From Candidatus Bathyarchaeota archaeon (GTDB lineage: Archaea; Thermoproteota; Bathyarchaeia; Bathyarchaeales; Bathycorpusculaceae): a DNA stretch of 64,000 nucleotides. Of the stretch, positions 9,697-19,735 are shown piece after piece. Below the pieces are notes generated by a model. The model had not been told where the DNA came from, did not search any database, and saw only the letters and a list, made by a program, of their open reading frames with translations. The stretch's first letter is position 1. The number at the start of each line of letters is the position of its first letter. The stretch lies in NCBI GenBank assembly GCA_963815095.1, contig CAWFFH010000003.1, positions 736,001 through 800,000 of the forward strand, read 5' to 3'. Both the position numbers and the translations under genes were made by a program.

Positions 9697-10884
9697 ACGT
9701 ATAAACCGCTAGAAGTGCTCGGACCAGAACACGAATATTCACTGGTGGACAAGGACCTAATAGTTCTGCCTATTAGTGACCAAATCATCAAAGGGTACTG
9801 CGGAAAAACCGTAAACTTCATCGAATTGCCCTATTTTACGTTTGGCAAAGAAATGCAACTCCATGTTATGGAAATCAAAGCCAACCAACCCTTCAAAACG
9901 CCCAGTGAATTCGAAGAAACCATGCAAAATGCCGTTGCAACCTTGAGTCAAATCGTTCAAAAACACAGCGCTATGCTGCTAGGAACAGGCATGCATCCCC
10001 TCCTAAAGCTTCAAGACACTGCAATTTGGTCGCACTACCACAAAAAAATCTACCAACAATATGGCAAACTCTTTAATCTAAACCAGCATGGATGGCTCAA
10101 CATTCAAAGTTTTCATCTTAATTTGCCCTATCAAAAAGAAGCCGATGCCATCAAAATCCATAACCAACTGGCTAATTTATGTGCGTACTTGCCTGCAATC
10201 GCCGCTTCATCTCCCATATTTGAAGGCGCGGAAGGTCCAGACGTTGATAACAGACTCCACTTCTACAAAATTAACCAAAAAGAAGTGCCTTCGGTAACCG
10301 GCGATGTCATCCCTGAATATGCAACCTCGCTAAGCCAGTATAAACAGGACATAATTGGGCAGTACTCAAAGGATTTACAGCACGCCGGCGCAGACAAAAC
10401 CCTATTGCGACGGGAATGGGTAAATTCAAGAGGCGTTATATTTCGGTTTGACCGTTGCGCTCTTGAAGTGCGGGTGATGGATGAGCAGGAATGCGTGAAG
10501 GCGGATGTGGCGCTGGCTTGTTTTGTCCGTGCTACCGTCAGAGGTTTGGTTGCGTCAAAGGTTGGACTTTTGCCCCATATAGTTTTACTTAAAGACTTAA
10601 ATGCAGTTATAAAAGATGGATTGAATGCAGAAGTTGCAAGTCCATATGGCAAAACAGCGAGGCAGGTATGTCAATATTATCTCAAATTAGCCCTTGAGCA
10701 TGCGACTGAAGACGAAAAGAAATACCTGTGGCTTGTAAAGAAACGCATAGAAGAAGGCAACCTCTCAGAACGAATATGCGCAAACGTTTCTAGACGCGCA
10801 GAGAAAACAGATTTCCATGAGGCAATCGTTGATGTTTATTCAACGCTTATTAAGTGCCTTTCCAATAATCAAATCTATTCCTAA
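9697..10884 (+). CDS. Glutamate--cysteine ligase family 2 (GCS2/YbdK-like carboxylate-amine ligase)
   Basis: GPEHEY, GMHP, IQSFHLNLP, NSRGVIFRFDR and EVRVMDEQE. First standard start is GTG 9715; the frame extends as YKPLEV from ACG 9697. Confidence 0.85.
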   Translation, partial: TYKPLEVLGPEHEYSLVDKDLIVLPISDQIIKGYCGKTVNFIELPYFTFGKEMQLHVMEIKANQPFKTPSEFEETMQNAVATLSQIVQKHSAMLLGTGMHPLLKLQDTAIWSHYHKKIYQQYGKLFNLNQHGWLNIQSFHLNLPYQKEADAIKIHNQLANLCAYLPAIAASSPIFEGAEGPDVDNRLHFYKINQKEVPSVTGDVIPEYATSLSQYKQDIIGQYSKDLQHAGADKTLLRREWVNSRGVIFRFDRCALEVRVMDEQECVKADVALACFVRATVRGLVASKVGLLPHIVLLKDLNAVIKDGLNAEVASPYGKTARQVCQYYLKLALEHATEDEKKYLWLVKKRIEEGNLSERICANVSRRAEKTDFHEAIVDVYSTLIKCLSNNQIYS

Positions 10885-10900
10885 AAAAAGATGAAATTAG

Positions 10901-11461
10901 ATGCCTGAAGACAACAAAGGAACCACTTACTCATACGATGTCTGTAGTGAATGCAAAATTATTTGTTGCCAAGACGCCAAGCCGCCATTAAGTGAGAGCC
11001 GCAAAAAAATCGTAAAAGAATATTTAAACAAACAAAAAATCAAAGTTGACAAACCCTTCACAAAAGAAAGTTACTCCTACCCTTCAGTTGATGAAACCCT
11101 TCTCTGTGTATTCAACAGCAAACAAACCAAACGATGCATAGTGCACTCCATAAAACCTGAAACGTGCCGCGCAGGGCCAATCACCTTTGATATCAACTTT
11201 AAAACCAAAAAAGTTCAGTACTTCCTTAAAAAATCTGAAATCTGCGTCTATGCTGGAGAATTGTTTAAGAACAAACTCGCTTTCAATGATCATTATGAAG
11301 TAGCCAAGAAAGAAATAATGCGCCTAATCAAGGAGTTATCTGCTGACGAGCTGCGGGAGCTTATGAAAATTGATGAGCCCCAAACCTTCAAGGTCGGCGA
11401 AGACGACTTACCAGTCGATGTGGTTAAAAAACTCGGGTTAGAAGAAGCCAGCGTCTCTTAG
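10901..11461 (+). CDS. YkgJ/UPF0153 family cysteine-cluster protein
   Basis: CSECKIICC, CVF and CIVHSIKPETCRAGP. Confidence 0.8.
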   Translation: MPEDNKGTTYSYDVCSECKIICCQDAKPPLSESRKKIVKEYLNKQKIKVDKPFTKESYSYPSVDETLLCVFNSKQTKRCIVHSIKPETCRAGPITFDINFKTKKVQYFLKKSEICVYAGELFKNKLAFNDHYEVAKKEIMRLIKELSADELRELMKIDEPQTFKVGEDDLPVDVVKKLGLEEASVS

Positions 11462-11767
11462 TTTAAGCGCTACACTAATGTTGCCTTTAAAATGCACCCT
11501 GCCTGTGAAAAAGGCTTTTTCTGCACTTAATTTGCCGTTAACCATATCCATGAAATCGTTCTCATTCATTTTCAAAGTTAAAGTCGGCGACGTATGTGTT
11601 CCTTCACATACCTGAAGTTTCTGGTCTTTTATGATTACCGTCCAGTTGCCTCCCTCAATCCCCGTTATGTTTACCTGAGCAATGACGTCTATGCCTTTTG
11701 CTTTTTCAGGCTTAAACCTGTTAGCTAAAACTGTGTCAAAGAAATCTTTGGGTGTGTTTGTCTCCAT
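11438..11767 (-). CDS. SCP2 sterol/lipid-binding domain protein
   Basis: GNWTV...DFMDMVNGKLSAEKAFFTGRVHFKGNISVALKL. Confidence 0.85.
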   Translation of the reverse strand: METNTPKDFFDTVLANRFKPEKAKGIDVIAQVNITGIEGGNWTVIIKDQKLQVCEGTHTSPTLTLKMNENDFMDMVNGKLSAEKAFFTGRVHFKGNISVALKLRDAGFF

Positions 11768-11831
11768 CCTTTCAGCCCGCTAGTTTTTCAGCTATTTTAC
11801 ACAGTTGAGTTATTGAAGGTTTGGTAATGGG

Positions 11832-12590
11832 CTACCTGAAGAGGTCTCTTTCTTTGGCCCTCGTCAACGATGTTTCGGATGCGTTTTCATCGGTTTGATA
11901 GTGGTATCCTCGAATAATTGCAGCTGGAATACCCTCGTTGGCTTGGCCGATTACAAGCTCAGCGGCTGAAGAGAGCTCGTCAGCAATGGCGGTTTGCTTG
12001 ATTCTAAGCACGTAGCCGAAGAGATCTTTCTCTCCTCTTCTGTCCCGTATAGGTTTAAATCCTGCTACACCTACAGCCACATTAATCTCACCAAGCCTAA
12101 AAGGCCGACCATGAGTATCAGAAACAATAACCGCCACATCAGCATCCGTTAAACGCTTAATTTCTTTCCTAATGCAATCTGCTGAAGCGCTTGGGTTTTT
12201 GGGCAGAGGCACAACATTTCTATCCCCCGAAACATTTGAGCGGTCTACTCCAGCGTTTGCACAAATAATGCCGCTGACAGTTTCTGTGATGATACTGTTT
12301 TGGCCGACCCGCACAACGTCTTTGGTTTCACGCAAAATAACTTCGACTAACGCTGGGTCTTTGTTGGTTTTTTTAGCGATTTCTTTTGCTTTTTCTGAAG
12401 GCTTAACCTCGTCAAGATTGATTACGTTGCCTTCAGCCTTCGAAACAACCACATGTGTAACCACTACGACGTCGTTTTGCTGGATCGGATTGTTCTGTTT
12501 TTTTGCAGCTTCAACAATTAGCTTGCCTAAGTTATCTCCCTTTTTTATTAACGGTAAATTCTCTACGGCGAATACTTGGATAGGATTCAC
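11832..12590 (-). CDS. cofE: Coenzyme F420-0:L-glutamate ligase
   Basis: VVSKAEG, ANAGVDRSN, SDTHGRPFRLG, DLFGYVL and ADELSSAA. Confidence 0.93.
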   Translation of the reverse strand: MNPIQVFAVENLPLIKKGDNLGKLIVEAAKKQNNPIQQNDVVVVTHVVVSKAEGNVINLDEVKPSEKAKEIAKKTNKDPALVEVILRETKDVVRVGQNSIITETVSGIICANAGVDRSNVSGDRNVVPLPKNPSASADCIRKEIKRLTDADVAVIVSDTHGRPFRLGEINVAVGVAGFKPIRDRRGEKDLFGYVLRIKQTAIADELSSAAELVIGQANEGIPAAIIRGYHYQTDENASETSLTRAKERDLFR

Positions 12591-12694
12591 ACTATTTGCC
12601 TCTTCTCAGGTTGCTAATTAAGCGATAGAACTTAAATTTATCTTCGCTAAAAGATTAGAAAACAAAAAATAGAAAAGGTATTTAGAAACTTGGG

Positions 12695-12712
12695 AGAGAC
12701 CCTGAGGTCTCT
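12695..12712 (-). terminator. Hairpin followed by a T-rich tract downstream of the MTHFR-like gene
   Basis: AGAGACC-ctga-GGTCTCT perfect 7-bp stem; T-rich run follows on the minus strand. Confidence 0.4.
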
Positions 12713-12725
12713 TTGATTTAGTTGT

Positions 12726-13451
12726 TTAGTTTCGGAACTTTTGCAGTTTTTGCAGCATCAGTTTGTCGCCTTCAGCGTCACCTGCACATGTTGCGATGAT
12801 GCCATCAACTAATCCGACAAGTTTTGATGCTTTTTCTTCAACTGTTTCCATTGTTGCCGCGGTAGGCCATCCAATCATTTTAACTGTTTCAACGTTTTTG
12901 GCTGTTCCAACTAGGAAGTATGCGAACAATGGCTTGTTGAGCTTCTTGCATTCGGCTGATACTGCTTTGAGGGCATCGAATGAGTCGTCGGTTAGCCTCA
13001 TGAAATACACGAAGTCCCATGGCTCACGTACCCGTTCAAGAGTTTCTTCAATTGAGCGTCTTGCGGTTAATAAGCAGCCAAGTTTGAGGTTTTTGGTTTT
13101 GACATCTGTGCGTATGAAGTCACGTGCTTTCTCTGATGAGGGGAGCATTGTTATGGGTTGACCGAACTTTGGGTTGTCTCCCATGGTGACTGCTAAGCCG
13201 TCTAATCCAATGATGTCTGACGCTAAAGCTAATCCGCCTACTTCAACTGGACCTTTGTATTTTAGAATAAAGATTGGGCAGACATATTTTTCTGGGTACT
13301 TGTATTTGAGTAAGCAGCTTACCACTACACCGCTGGGTGCTGGGAAACCTGCTGCGCCGTCAGTTACATTCCATCCGTCGACTAGATCTTTGAGTTCATC
13401 TGCAAGCTTTAAGAATTTTCGAGTTGGCACAAATTCATTTAGTATTTTCAT
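12726..13451 (-). CDS. Short methylenetetrahydrofolate-reductase (MetF)-fold protein
   Basis: ILNEFVP..., NVTDGAAG.P and AVTMGDNP resemble the MetF N-terminal barrel motifs; only 241 aa. Confidence 0.6.
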   Translation of the reverse strand: MKILNEFVPTRKFLKLADELKDLVDGWNVTDGAAGFPAPSGVVVSCLLKYKYPEKYVCPIFILKYKGPVEVGGLALASDIIGLDGLAVTMGDNPKFGQPITMLPSSEKARDFIRTDVKTKNLKLGCLLTARRSIEETLERVREPWDFVYFMRLTDDSFDALKAVSAECKKLNKPLFAYFLVGTAKNVETVKMIGWPTAATMETVEEKASKLVGLVDGIIATCAGDAEGDKLMLQKLQKFRN

Positions 13452-13566
13452 GGAGAGTTCATCTCAGGTTAAAGAGGTGAGATGTTTGGGTTAAAAAGGC
13501 TTTTGCATACGTAAAGTTGGCTTTTTAGTTGATCGATTTCTGATGCAACATCTTTGAAAACAAGTG

Positions 13567-14424
13567 TTATTTAGCCTTGTTTATAGATGCCAAGCTCTTT
13601 TCGGCACGTTCTCTCTTAAATTTTGACAATCTGACCACCTCTTCCTTATCAGCCAAATCTTTGGTGATTACAATGTTTTTTAGCAGTTTTTCTCCAGCCT
13701 TGGACCTAACAATCACCGTTGAATACCCTTTTTTGCTACCAATCGAGCCAACAGAGACGTCCGCAAACTGAGCCGCAAAATCATCGCAGTACTTACATGA
13801 TTTCTCCGCCGCGACGTCAAGATCCTTCACTTTACAGCTGTACTCTTTTCCTTCAATAAACGCTGTGAATTTTCCTTGACGAATCTGAGTTTTTTGTACT
13901 TTGTCTATGTCAACACCAAGCTTTGTTTGCACTTCTTTTTTAAGTCTGGCATAGTTGAAGGCTTCAAAACAGAACAAGCCAATAACAGTGATTTCGCAAT
14001 CGCTACCGATGATTTGTTGTATTTTTCTTGCCACTATAGCTTTACAGGGCGTGCATACAATGGCTATGCGCTTTTTTCCTTGTCCAATTAGTTCTCGCAG
14101 TTTTTTTGTGACATTAACCTTGAGGTATTTGGTCCCCTTCGCCGCCAAAACATCACTGGGATTCTGGGCAACAACTGCTTCTGCGCTGTATCCTTCTCCC
14201 CGGCGAACAACAATAGCCACATCAAACAAGCCTTCTTCGAAACCCTTAATCAAAATCGCTGAAACTACCCCGCCATCCTGCCCTTCGATTTCACTTTTTG
14301 CAGAAAACAGATCACAGTAAACGCCAAGGTCCTCATCTTTTTTACCTTGCAACAACTGTTTTTCGATTTTTACTTTGTCTTGACTTTTGCAGTTATCATT
14401 TTTCTCAACTTGATTATCTGGCAT
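13567..14424 (-). CDS. F420 hydrogenase/dehydrogenase beta-subunit (FrhB/FdhB) family protein
   Basis: GQDGGVVSA, KGTKY, VCTPC, IGLFCFEAF and CKYCDDF...ADVSVGSIGS. Confidence 0.85.
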   Translation of the reverse strand: MPDNQVEKNDNCKSQDKVKIEKQLLQGKKDEDLGVYCDLFSAKSEIEGQDGGVVSAILIKGFEEGLFDVAIVVRRGEGYSAEAVVAQNPSDVLAAKGTKYLKVNVTKKLRELIGQGKKRIAIVCTPCKAIVARKIQQIIGSDCEITVIGLFCFEAFNYARLKKEVQTKLGVDIDKVQKTQIRQGKFTAFIEGKEYSCKVKDLDVAAEKSCKYCDDFAAQFADVSVGSIGSKKGYSTVIVRSKAGEKLLKNIVITKDLADKEEVVRLSKFKRERAEKSLASINKAK

Positions 14425-14993
14425 TTTAGAAATTCAACCAGTTTTTTGTTATTTTAGGTAGGGTTTTGGGTAAAATAAAGCTTTAAACTTCCTGAAGGTA
14501 ATGATCGAGAAAAGACGGCGAAAAATAATTTAGCTTATCAGGTTTTGTCAATTAGAAGAAGAACTCTTTTTTTGCAATCTTTTTTGGATAAGGTTTTTTT
14601 GAGTTGATTTTTAAAATTTAAACTCAATCTATCTTCTGGCTGCGTCTATATTAGTCACAAATTGTTTTAAAAAGTCTGAGAGCGTCAATAGATACTGTTG
14701 GGTAACAATCTTTAGAAGTTAGATCTTGGAGTTTCCTTTAGACAAGTTTAATTTTGAATCTTTTATTAGATAAGTTCCTTAGGCGGCTTGAGCTCGAAAT
14801 TTGAAGCACTGCCAGGGATTAGATTTTGTTTCCTTTAGGATTGATAACTTGTGCTAAAGATGAAGAATTTAAGAGTCTATCTATTAGATTTGTTTTGTAA
14901 TTCTTGATGTTCCATAAAGAGGATATGTCTTTTTCAGACACATTTATATTTGTCCGCCAACCAATTAATGCAACAAGACGCAAGGCAAACCAA

Positions 14994-17414
14994 ATGAGCC
15001 AAGAAAAAAACAAAAAAATCACTCTAAACATCGGTGGCATGAGTTGCATAAACTGCGCTCACACCATCGAAAAGGAACTCGCTAAACTAAACGGCGTAAC
15101 CCAAGCTACCGTAAACCTCGCCGCTGAACAAGCAATAATAAACTACGACCCCGACCTCATCACCCAAAAAACCATCGAAACAATCATCACCGACTCAGGA
15201 TATGATGTAATCCACGAAAAAATCGTACTCCAAATCGGCGGCATGTCATGCGTCAATTGTGCCAAAACCATCGAGAAAGCTCTGGGCAACCGCGAAGGAA
15301 TCTACAACGCAGTTGTCAACTTTGCCGCTGAAAACGTCTCAGTTGAATACAACCCTCAGCAAATCAGCTTGCCAAGCATCAAAAAAACCATCCAGGATAG
15401 CGGATACCAGGTAATCGACCAACAACAAAAAACCCATGAAGATACAGCAGGTGAAGAACGGAAACGCCACATCCGACATCTAAAAATCCTATTAGTCACT
15501 AGCATTGCTCTGACTATTCCAATCCTTCTTTTGATGTGGCTCTCACCTCTGCCCATGGAACAAAACAACATCCTCATGTTCCTGCTTGCAACGCCAGTTC
15601 AGTTCATAGTGGGCTGGACCTTCTACGTTGGCACCTACAAAGGGCTACGAAACAAGACTACTAACATGGACACCTTAATTGCCATTGGCACATCCACCGC
15701 ATGGATCTACAGCACCATCGTCACCTTTGCCCCAGCAGTTTTCCCCGGTGCTGGAGTATTCTTCGATACCGCAACCATGATTATGAGCTTCATTTTGCTA
15801 GGAAAACTCTTAGATGCCGTAGCCAAGGGCAGAACCTCGGAAGCCATCCGAAAAATCATGGGTCTCCAAGCCAAAACAGCCAGAGTCATCCGCAACGGTG
15901 AGGAACAGGAAATTCCAGTTGAAGACGTACAAGTAGGCGACATCGTCTTGGTTAGACCGGGAGAAAAAATCCCCGTCGACGGTACTGTTACCGAAGGTTA
16001 TTCGGCAGTGGACGAGAAAGTCATCACTGGCGAAAGCATCCCAGTCGAAAAAAGAATCGGTGACCAAGTCGTAGGAGCCACCATGAACAAGACGGGTATG
16101 CTCAAATTTAAAGCCACAAAAGTCGGCAAAGACACAGTTCTTGCCCAAATCATTAGAATGGTTGAAGATGCGTTAACTTCGAAAGCGCCAATTCAAAGAT
16201 TAGCCGACATTGTTTCGGGATATTTCGTTCCAGCTATCATAATTACGGCGACACTTTCAGCGTTATTATGGTACTTTATTGTCGGAGCGTCCTTCATTTT
16301 CTCACTCACAGTTTTCATCGCAGTGATAATCGTAGCTTGCCCTTGCGCTCTTGGACTCGCTACGCCGACGGCGATAATGGTGGGTGTCGGAAAAGGAGCA
16401 GAAAACGGCATCCTGATAAAAAGCGGCGAAGCATTGGAAGCGGTATACAAGCTTCAAGCAGTTGTTTTTGATAAAACAGGAACACTAACGAAGGGCGAAC
16501 CCGAAGTAACCGACATCGCCCCATCTGAACCATTCGGAGAAGCCCAGCTCCTGCAGTTCGCCGCAATCGCAGAGAAAAACTCCGAGCATCCGCTGGGAGC
16601 AGCCATAGTAAAAAGGGCAAAAGAAAAGGGAATCCAAGTTGATGAACCGGAATTGTTCAACGCTATCCCCGGATACGGAGTAGAGGTGGAACATAAGGGC
16701 GCCAAAATATTGTTGGGCAACAGAAAACTGATGGAGGCAAACAACTTGGACATCAGGGCGCTTGAGGGGAAAATGTCGGCGTTTGAGGAAGAAGGCAAAA
16801 CCGCTATGCTTCTCGCCGTTGACAACCAGCTTGCGGGTTTGATAGCAGTGGCTGACACCTTAAAGGAGCACTCCGCCGACGCAGTTAAGACTCTCCAACA
16901 GATGGGATTGGAAGTCATCATGATTACAGGCGACAACCAGCGAACCGCCAAAGCCATCGCAGCGCAGGTAGGCGTTAACCGCGTCTTTGCAGAGGTTCTT
17001 CCAAGCGAAAAAGCAACAGAAATAAAGCGACTGCAATCCGAAGGTAAAGTTGTTGCAATGGTTGGTGACGGAATAAACGATGCTCCTGCTTTGGCGCAAG
17101 CAAACATTGGAATTGCTGTGGGCAGCGGAACAGATGTAGCTATTGAAACAGGAGATATCGTGTTAATTAAAAATGATTTGAGGGATATGGTGGTAGCTAT
17201 TCAGTTGAGTCGGGCTACTATGCGGAAGATTCGGCAGAACCTATTCTGGGCATTCTTCTACAACATCGTCCTCATTCCGTTGGCAGCAGGCGCATTCTAC
17301 CCCATTCTACATGTGCTATTCAATCCAGTTTACGCCGCAGCGGCCATGGCAAGCAGCTCAGTAACCGTAGTAACCAACGCTTCACTCCTCAGAAGATTTA
17401 AACCAAAAATCTAG
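14994..17414 (+). CDS. copA: Cu(+)-exporting P1B-type ATPase
   Basis: Two GMSCxxC metal-binding domains; [30 protein letters not shown] and MASSS motifs; ATG 14994 preferred as start. Confidence 0.95.
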   Translation: MSQEKNKKITLNIGGMSCINCAHTIEKELAKLNGVTQATVNLAAEQAIINYDPDLITQKTIETIITDSGYDVIHEKIVLQIGGMSCVNCAKTIEKALGNREGIYNAVVNFAAENVSVEYNPQQISLPSIKKTIQDSGYQVIDQQQKTHEDTAGEERKRHIRHLKILLVTSIALTIPILLLMWLSPLPMEQNNILMFLLATPVQFIVGWTFYVGTYKGLRNKTTNMDTLIAIGTSTAWIYSTIVTFAPAVFPGAGVFFDTATMIMSFILLGKLLDAVAKGRTSEAIRKIMGLQAKTARVIRNGEEQEIPVEDVQVGDIVLVRPGEKIPVDGTVTEGYSAVDEKVITGESIPVEKRIGDQVVGATMNKTGMLKFKATKVGKDTVLAQIIRMVEDALTSKAPIQRLADIVSGYFVPAIIITATLSALLWYFIVGASFIFSLTVFIAVIIVACPCALGLATPTAIMVGVGKGAENGILIKSGEALEAVYKLQAVVFDKTGTLTKGEPEVTDIAPSEPFGEAQLLQFAAIAEKNSEHPLGAAIVKRAKEKGIQVDEPELFNAIPGYGVEVEHKGAKILLGNRKLMEANNLDIRALEGKMSAFEEEGKTAMLLAVDNQLAGLIAVADTLKEHSADAVKTLQQMGLEVIMITGDNQRTAKAIAAQVGVNRVFAEVLPSEKATEIKRLQSEGKVVAMVGDGINDAPALAQANIGIAVGSGTDVAIETGDIVLIKNDLRDMVVAIQLSRATMRKIRQNLFWAFFYNIVLIPLAAGAFYPILHVLFNPVYAAAAMASSSVTVVTNASLLRRFKPKI

Positions 17415-17451
17415 TCACAAAAACAAAACAGGTTGTTGGAGGTGAGAAAAT

Positions 17452-17640
17452 ATGGCTAAAGATTTGGTATGCAACATGGAAGTTGATGAGACAACTGCAA
17501 AGTACAAAACAATCTACCAAGGCAAATACTATTATTTCTGCGCTCCAGGATGCAAAAAATCCTTCGAAGCAAATCCACAAAAATACATAGGCGGTAACTC
17601 GTCAGTTCACAATTGCAACTGCGGTCACGACCACTGCTAA
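17452..17640 (+). CDS. YHS/TRASH metallochaperone with His/Cys tail
   Basis: DLVCNMEV...YYFCAPGC and tail HNCNCGHDHC; strong SD GGAGGTGA. Confidence 0.88.
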   Translation: MAKDLVCNMEVDETTAKYKTIYQGKYYYFCAPGCKKSFEANPQKYIGGNSSVHNCNCGHDHC

Positions 17641-17833
17641 ACCATTAAGGTTCAGCATGTCACGTTCATTCTTTTCGTTTCTTTGAGTTATTTCGCTCGG
17701 CAGAATTTTGGTATTTTAGTATTTCTGGTTAACCTCAATGATGAGCTTGGAAAGCTTTAACGACACATGTTATAGAAAAAATGTTCTCTTTGGATTGTGA
17801 CTATTGAAAGCAATTGATAATAAAAGAGTATGA

Positions 17834-18511
17834 TTATGTTTTTTGTATAGTTGAACCTTTGACCCAATCCGACAAGAGTATTTCATTGGTATTCCCGGAT
17901 TCTTTAACAGTTACAATGCCACGCTGCGCAAAGCGAGCTACAACCCGATGCGTCTTAAGCCTGCTAAGTCCAGCTTCCTTTACCACATATTTTTGGAGGT
18001 ATTTCCCTTGATGTGCAACTAAAACATTCAGAACTTTCTGCTCTTCAGGAGTCATGGTCTTTAGGAGCACACCACATGTGTTTGGTTCAACTGCTGGATT
18101 AACGGCTAATTCTGCATCACTTCTAATGTGTTCAACTGGAACACTGTTTGAATTTGGCAGTTCACAGGTTCTCTTAACGTATCTGAGCTGAGGAAATGCT
18201 AAGTAAAAAGCAACCCCAATAACCGAAACAGCCACGACGACAATTAACGCTGTAGGAACTAACCACAAATAAGAATTTGTTGTTCCGTCGGTGTTGCCCA
18301 TCATTCCGCCCATTCCCCCGTAATTACCATTGCTGCCTAAGTGGGAACCCCACATCTGGCTCATCCAACTTGATCCGTAATATGACGGTGCTGTGGCGGA
18401 TAAATACCAGCCTACCAAGGCAAGAGTCATTAAGACACTTAGCGTAATTATGAAAATGGTGAGAAAGAAGTGCAACTTTTGCATACCAGAAGAAATCTCA
18501 TGGTTACACAT
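17834..18511 (-). CDS. Membrane-anchored winged-HTH regulator with a Met/Gly-rich loop
   Basis: TM, then WMSQMW..GGMGGMMG, a second TM, a linker, then TPEEQKVL..GKYLQKYVVKEAGLSRLKTHRVV..RGIV (wHTH). Start may be ATG 18484. Confidence 0.8.
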   Translation of the reverse strand: MCNHEISSGMQKLHFFLTIFIITLSVLMTLALVGWYLSATAPSYYGSSWMSQMWGSHLGSNGNYGGMGGMMGNTDGTTNSYLWLVPTALIVVVAVSVIGVAFYLAFPQLRYVKRTCELPNSNSVPVEHIRSDAELAVNPAVEPNTCGVLLKTMTPEEQKVLNVLVAHQGKYLQKYVVKEAGLSRLKTHRVVARFAQRGIVTVKESGNTNEILLSDWVKGSTIQKT

Positions 18512-18564
18512 TAACTTTTACCTGGAAAACGATTTTCAATACCTTAATTTTCCATAGAAAATAC

Positions 18565-18605
18565 TGTTTCAAGTGTTGTTTCATGTTTGTTTCAGCGAAC
18601 TATCA
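18565..18605 (+). promoter_or_regulatory. Three phased TGTTTCA direct repeats plus GCGAACTATCA
   Basis: TGTTTCA at 18565, 18577 and 18588; the same layout recurs at 20711-20750. Confidence 0.75.
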
Positions 18606-18617
18606 AAAGAACGTATG

Positions 18618-18635
18618 ACCATATTGTAATATGGT
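18618..18635. promoter_or_regulatory. 8-bp inverted repeat overlapping the SD of the 18647 gene
   Basis: ACCATATT-gt-AATATGGT. Confidence 0.35.
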
Positions 18636-18646
18636 GATAAAATAAA

Positions 18647-18955
18647 ATGAATAAAACAAAAATGATAATCGCGTTGGTCGCTGTAGCTGCATTGACTTTG
18701 ACCATAGTGGGATTAGCCTCAGCCCAATTAGCAACAACCCAAAGTTATAATGGGGTAAACCCCAACATTGCTTCCAACAATGGCTTCTGGGGATGGATTG
18801 GAAACTGTTTTGGATTTAGAAACAGTCAACCTTACGCCAACCAGTATGTCGCTCCACCAGCTGGCACGAACAGTCAAGTTCCCATACCAAGTCAAGGCAA
18901 CGGCAACTACTTTGGATTTGGACCGTGCTGGGCACGACTTAATTCAAGTCCATAA
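18647..18955 (+). CDS. Small exported Gly/aromatic-rich protein
   Basis: Signal peptide (MNKTKMIIALVAVAAL...ASA); GFWGWIGNCFGF and GFGPCW. Confidence 0.75.
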   Translation: MNKTKMIIALVAVAALTLTIVGLASAQLATTQSYNGVNPNIASNNGFWGWIGNCFGFRNSQPYANQYVAPPAGTNSQVPIPSQGNGNYFGFGPCWARLNSSP

Positions 18956-19095
18956 ACTCTTTTTTTCTTAATTAAATTTAATGAATTTAGAAATGAAAAA
19001 AGAAAAAAAGTCTTTTGTTTAGATTAAAATTTAGTGATTTGGGGTTTTATCAAAGGAATGGTTAAGTTTTCTTTAGGGCGGTGTAGCTCTCAGTT

Positions 19096-19539
19096 TTAGG
19101 ATTTTATTTCGTACACCATGTCACAGTCGCCTACTGGACCTGGTTTGCGAATTTCTTTCAAACGGACATTTCTAATTTTTAGGTTCTCTGATAGTGCTCC
19201 TACTGGGAACAAAGAAATAGCACAAGCCGGCATGATTCCGAATCTTTCTTTAACGAGTTTGCCGTGACAAATGTAGCATCCTCGAAATTTCAGAATGTAT
19301 TCTTCTGCCTGCTTTTCCAAAGTTACGCTTTTGGCAAGCTTTAGGTCGTTTTGGATGTAATTTGCGATTTTCTCCATTAAAGCGTCTGATGTTTGGGCTG
19401 GAGGTATTGATTTGCCCCAAGTTTTTCCTAGCGCCATGCTAGCTTTTGCAAAAACCTTTTGATTTTCCTCTCCTAAGGCTCCTTGAATTGAACACATAAC
19501 TTCAAGAACAGGCTTTTGGGGAATCATTTTTTCTTCAGG
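19096..19539 (-). CDS. V4R-like small ligand-binding domain protein
   Basis: FRGCYIC...PACAIS...CDMVYEI pattern; ATG 19539 preferred as start. Confidence 0.55.
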   Translation of the reverse strand, partial: PEEKMIPQKPVLEVMCSIQGALGEENQKVFAKASMALGKTWGKSIPPAQTSDALMEKIANYIQNDLKLAKSVTLEKQAEEYILKFRGCYICHGKLVKERFGIMPACAISLFPVGALSENLKIRNVRLKEIRKPGPVGDCDMVYEIKS

Positions 19540-19735
19540 CATTTTCTTTCCTCTCAAAATTCAATTATACTCATCAAGAAAGCGAACGTTTAAGGCTTTT
19601 GTTCTTTCAAATTTATGTTGGATGAAAACTCTCACTCTAACCATTTGGAAATATCTCTTTCGTTGTCGATTTGGTAACTTCTCTAAGTTAAAAGATGGCA
19701 AACTTTAATTTCGAGTTTTAATTAATCCTAATTTC

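Noticed and set aside
14430-14990. Possible gene in the AT-rich gap before copA, including ORF 14819-15049 and the extended copA N-terminus
   Set aside because: No recognisable motif; the ORF overlaps copA; the 30-aa extension precedes a better ATG and spans the TATA-like TTTATAT.
16454-17107. Long antisense ORFs (for example 16454-17107, 44443-45000, 31552-32073, 12172-12621)
   Set aside because: They are shadow frames opposite well-supported genes and carry no motifs.
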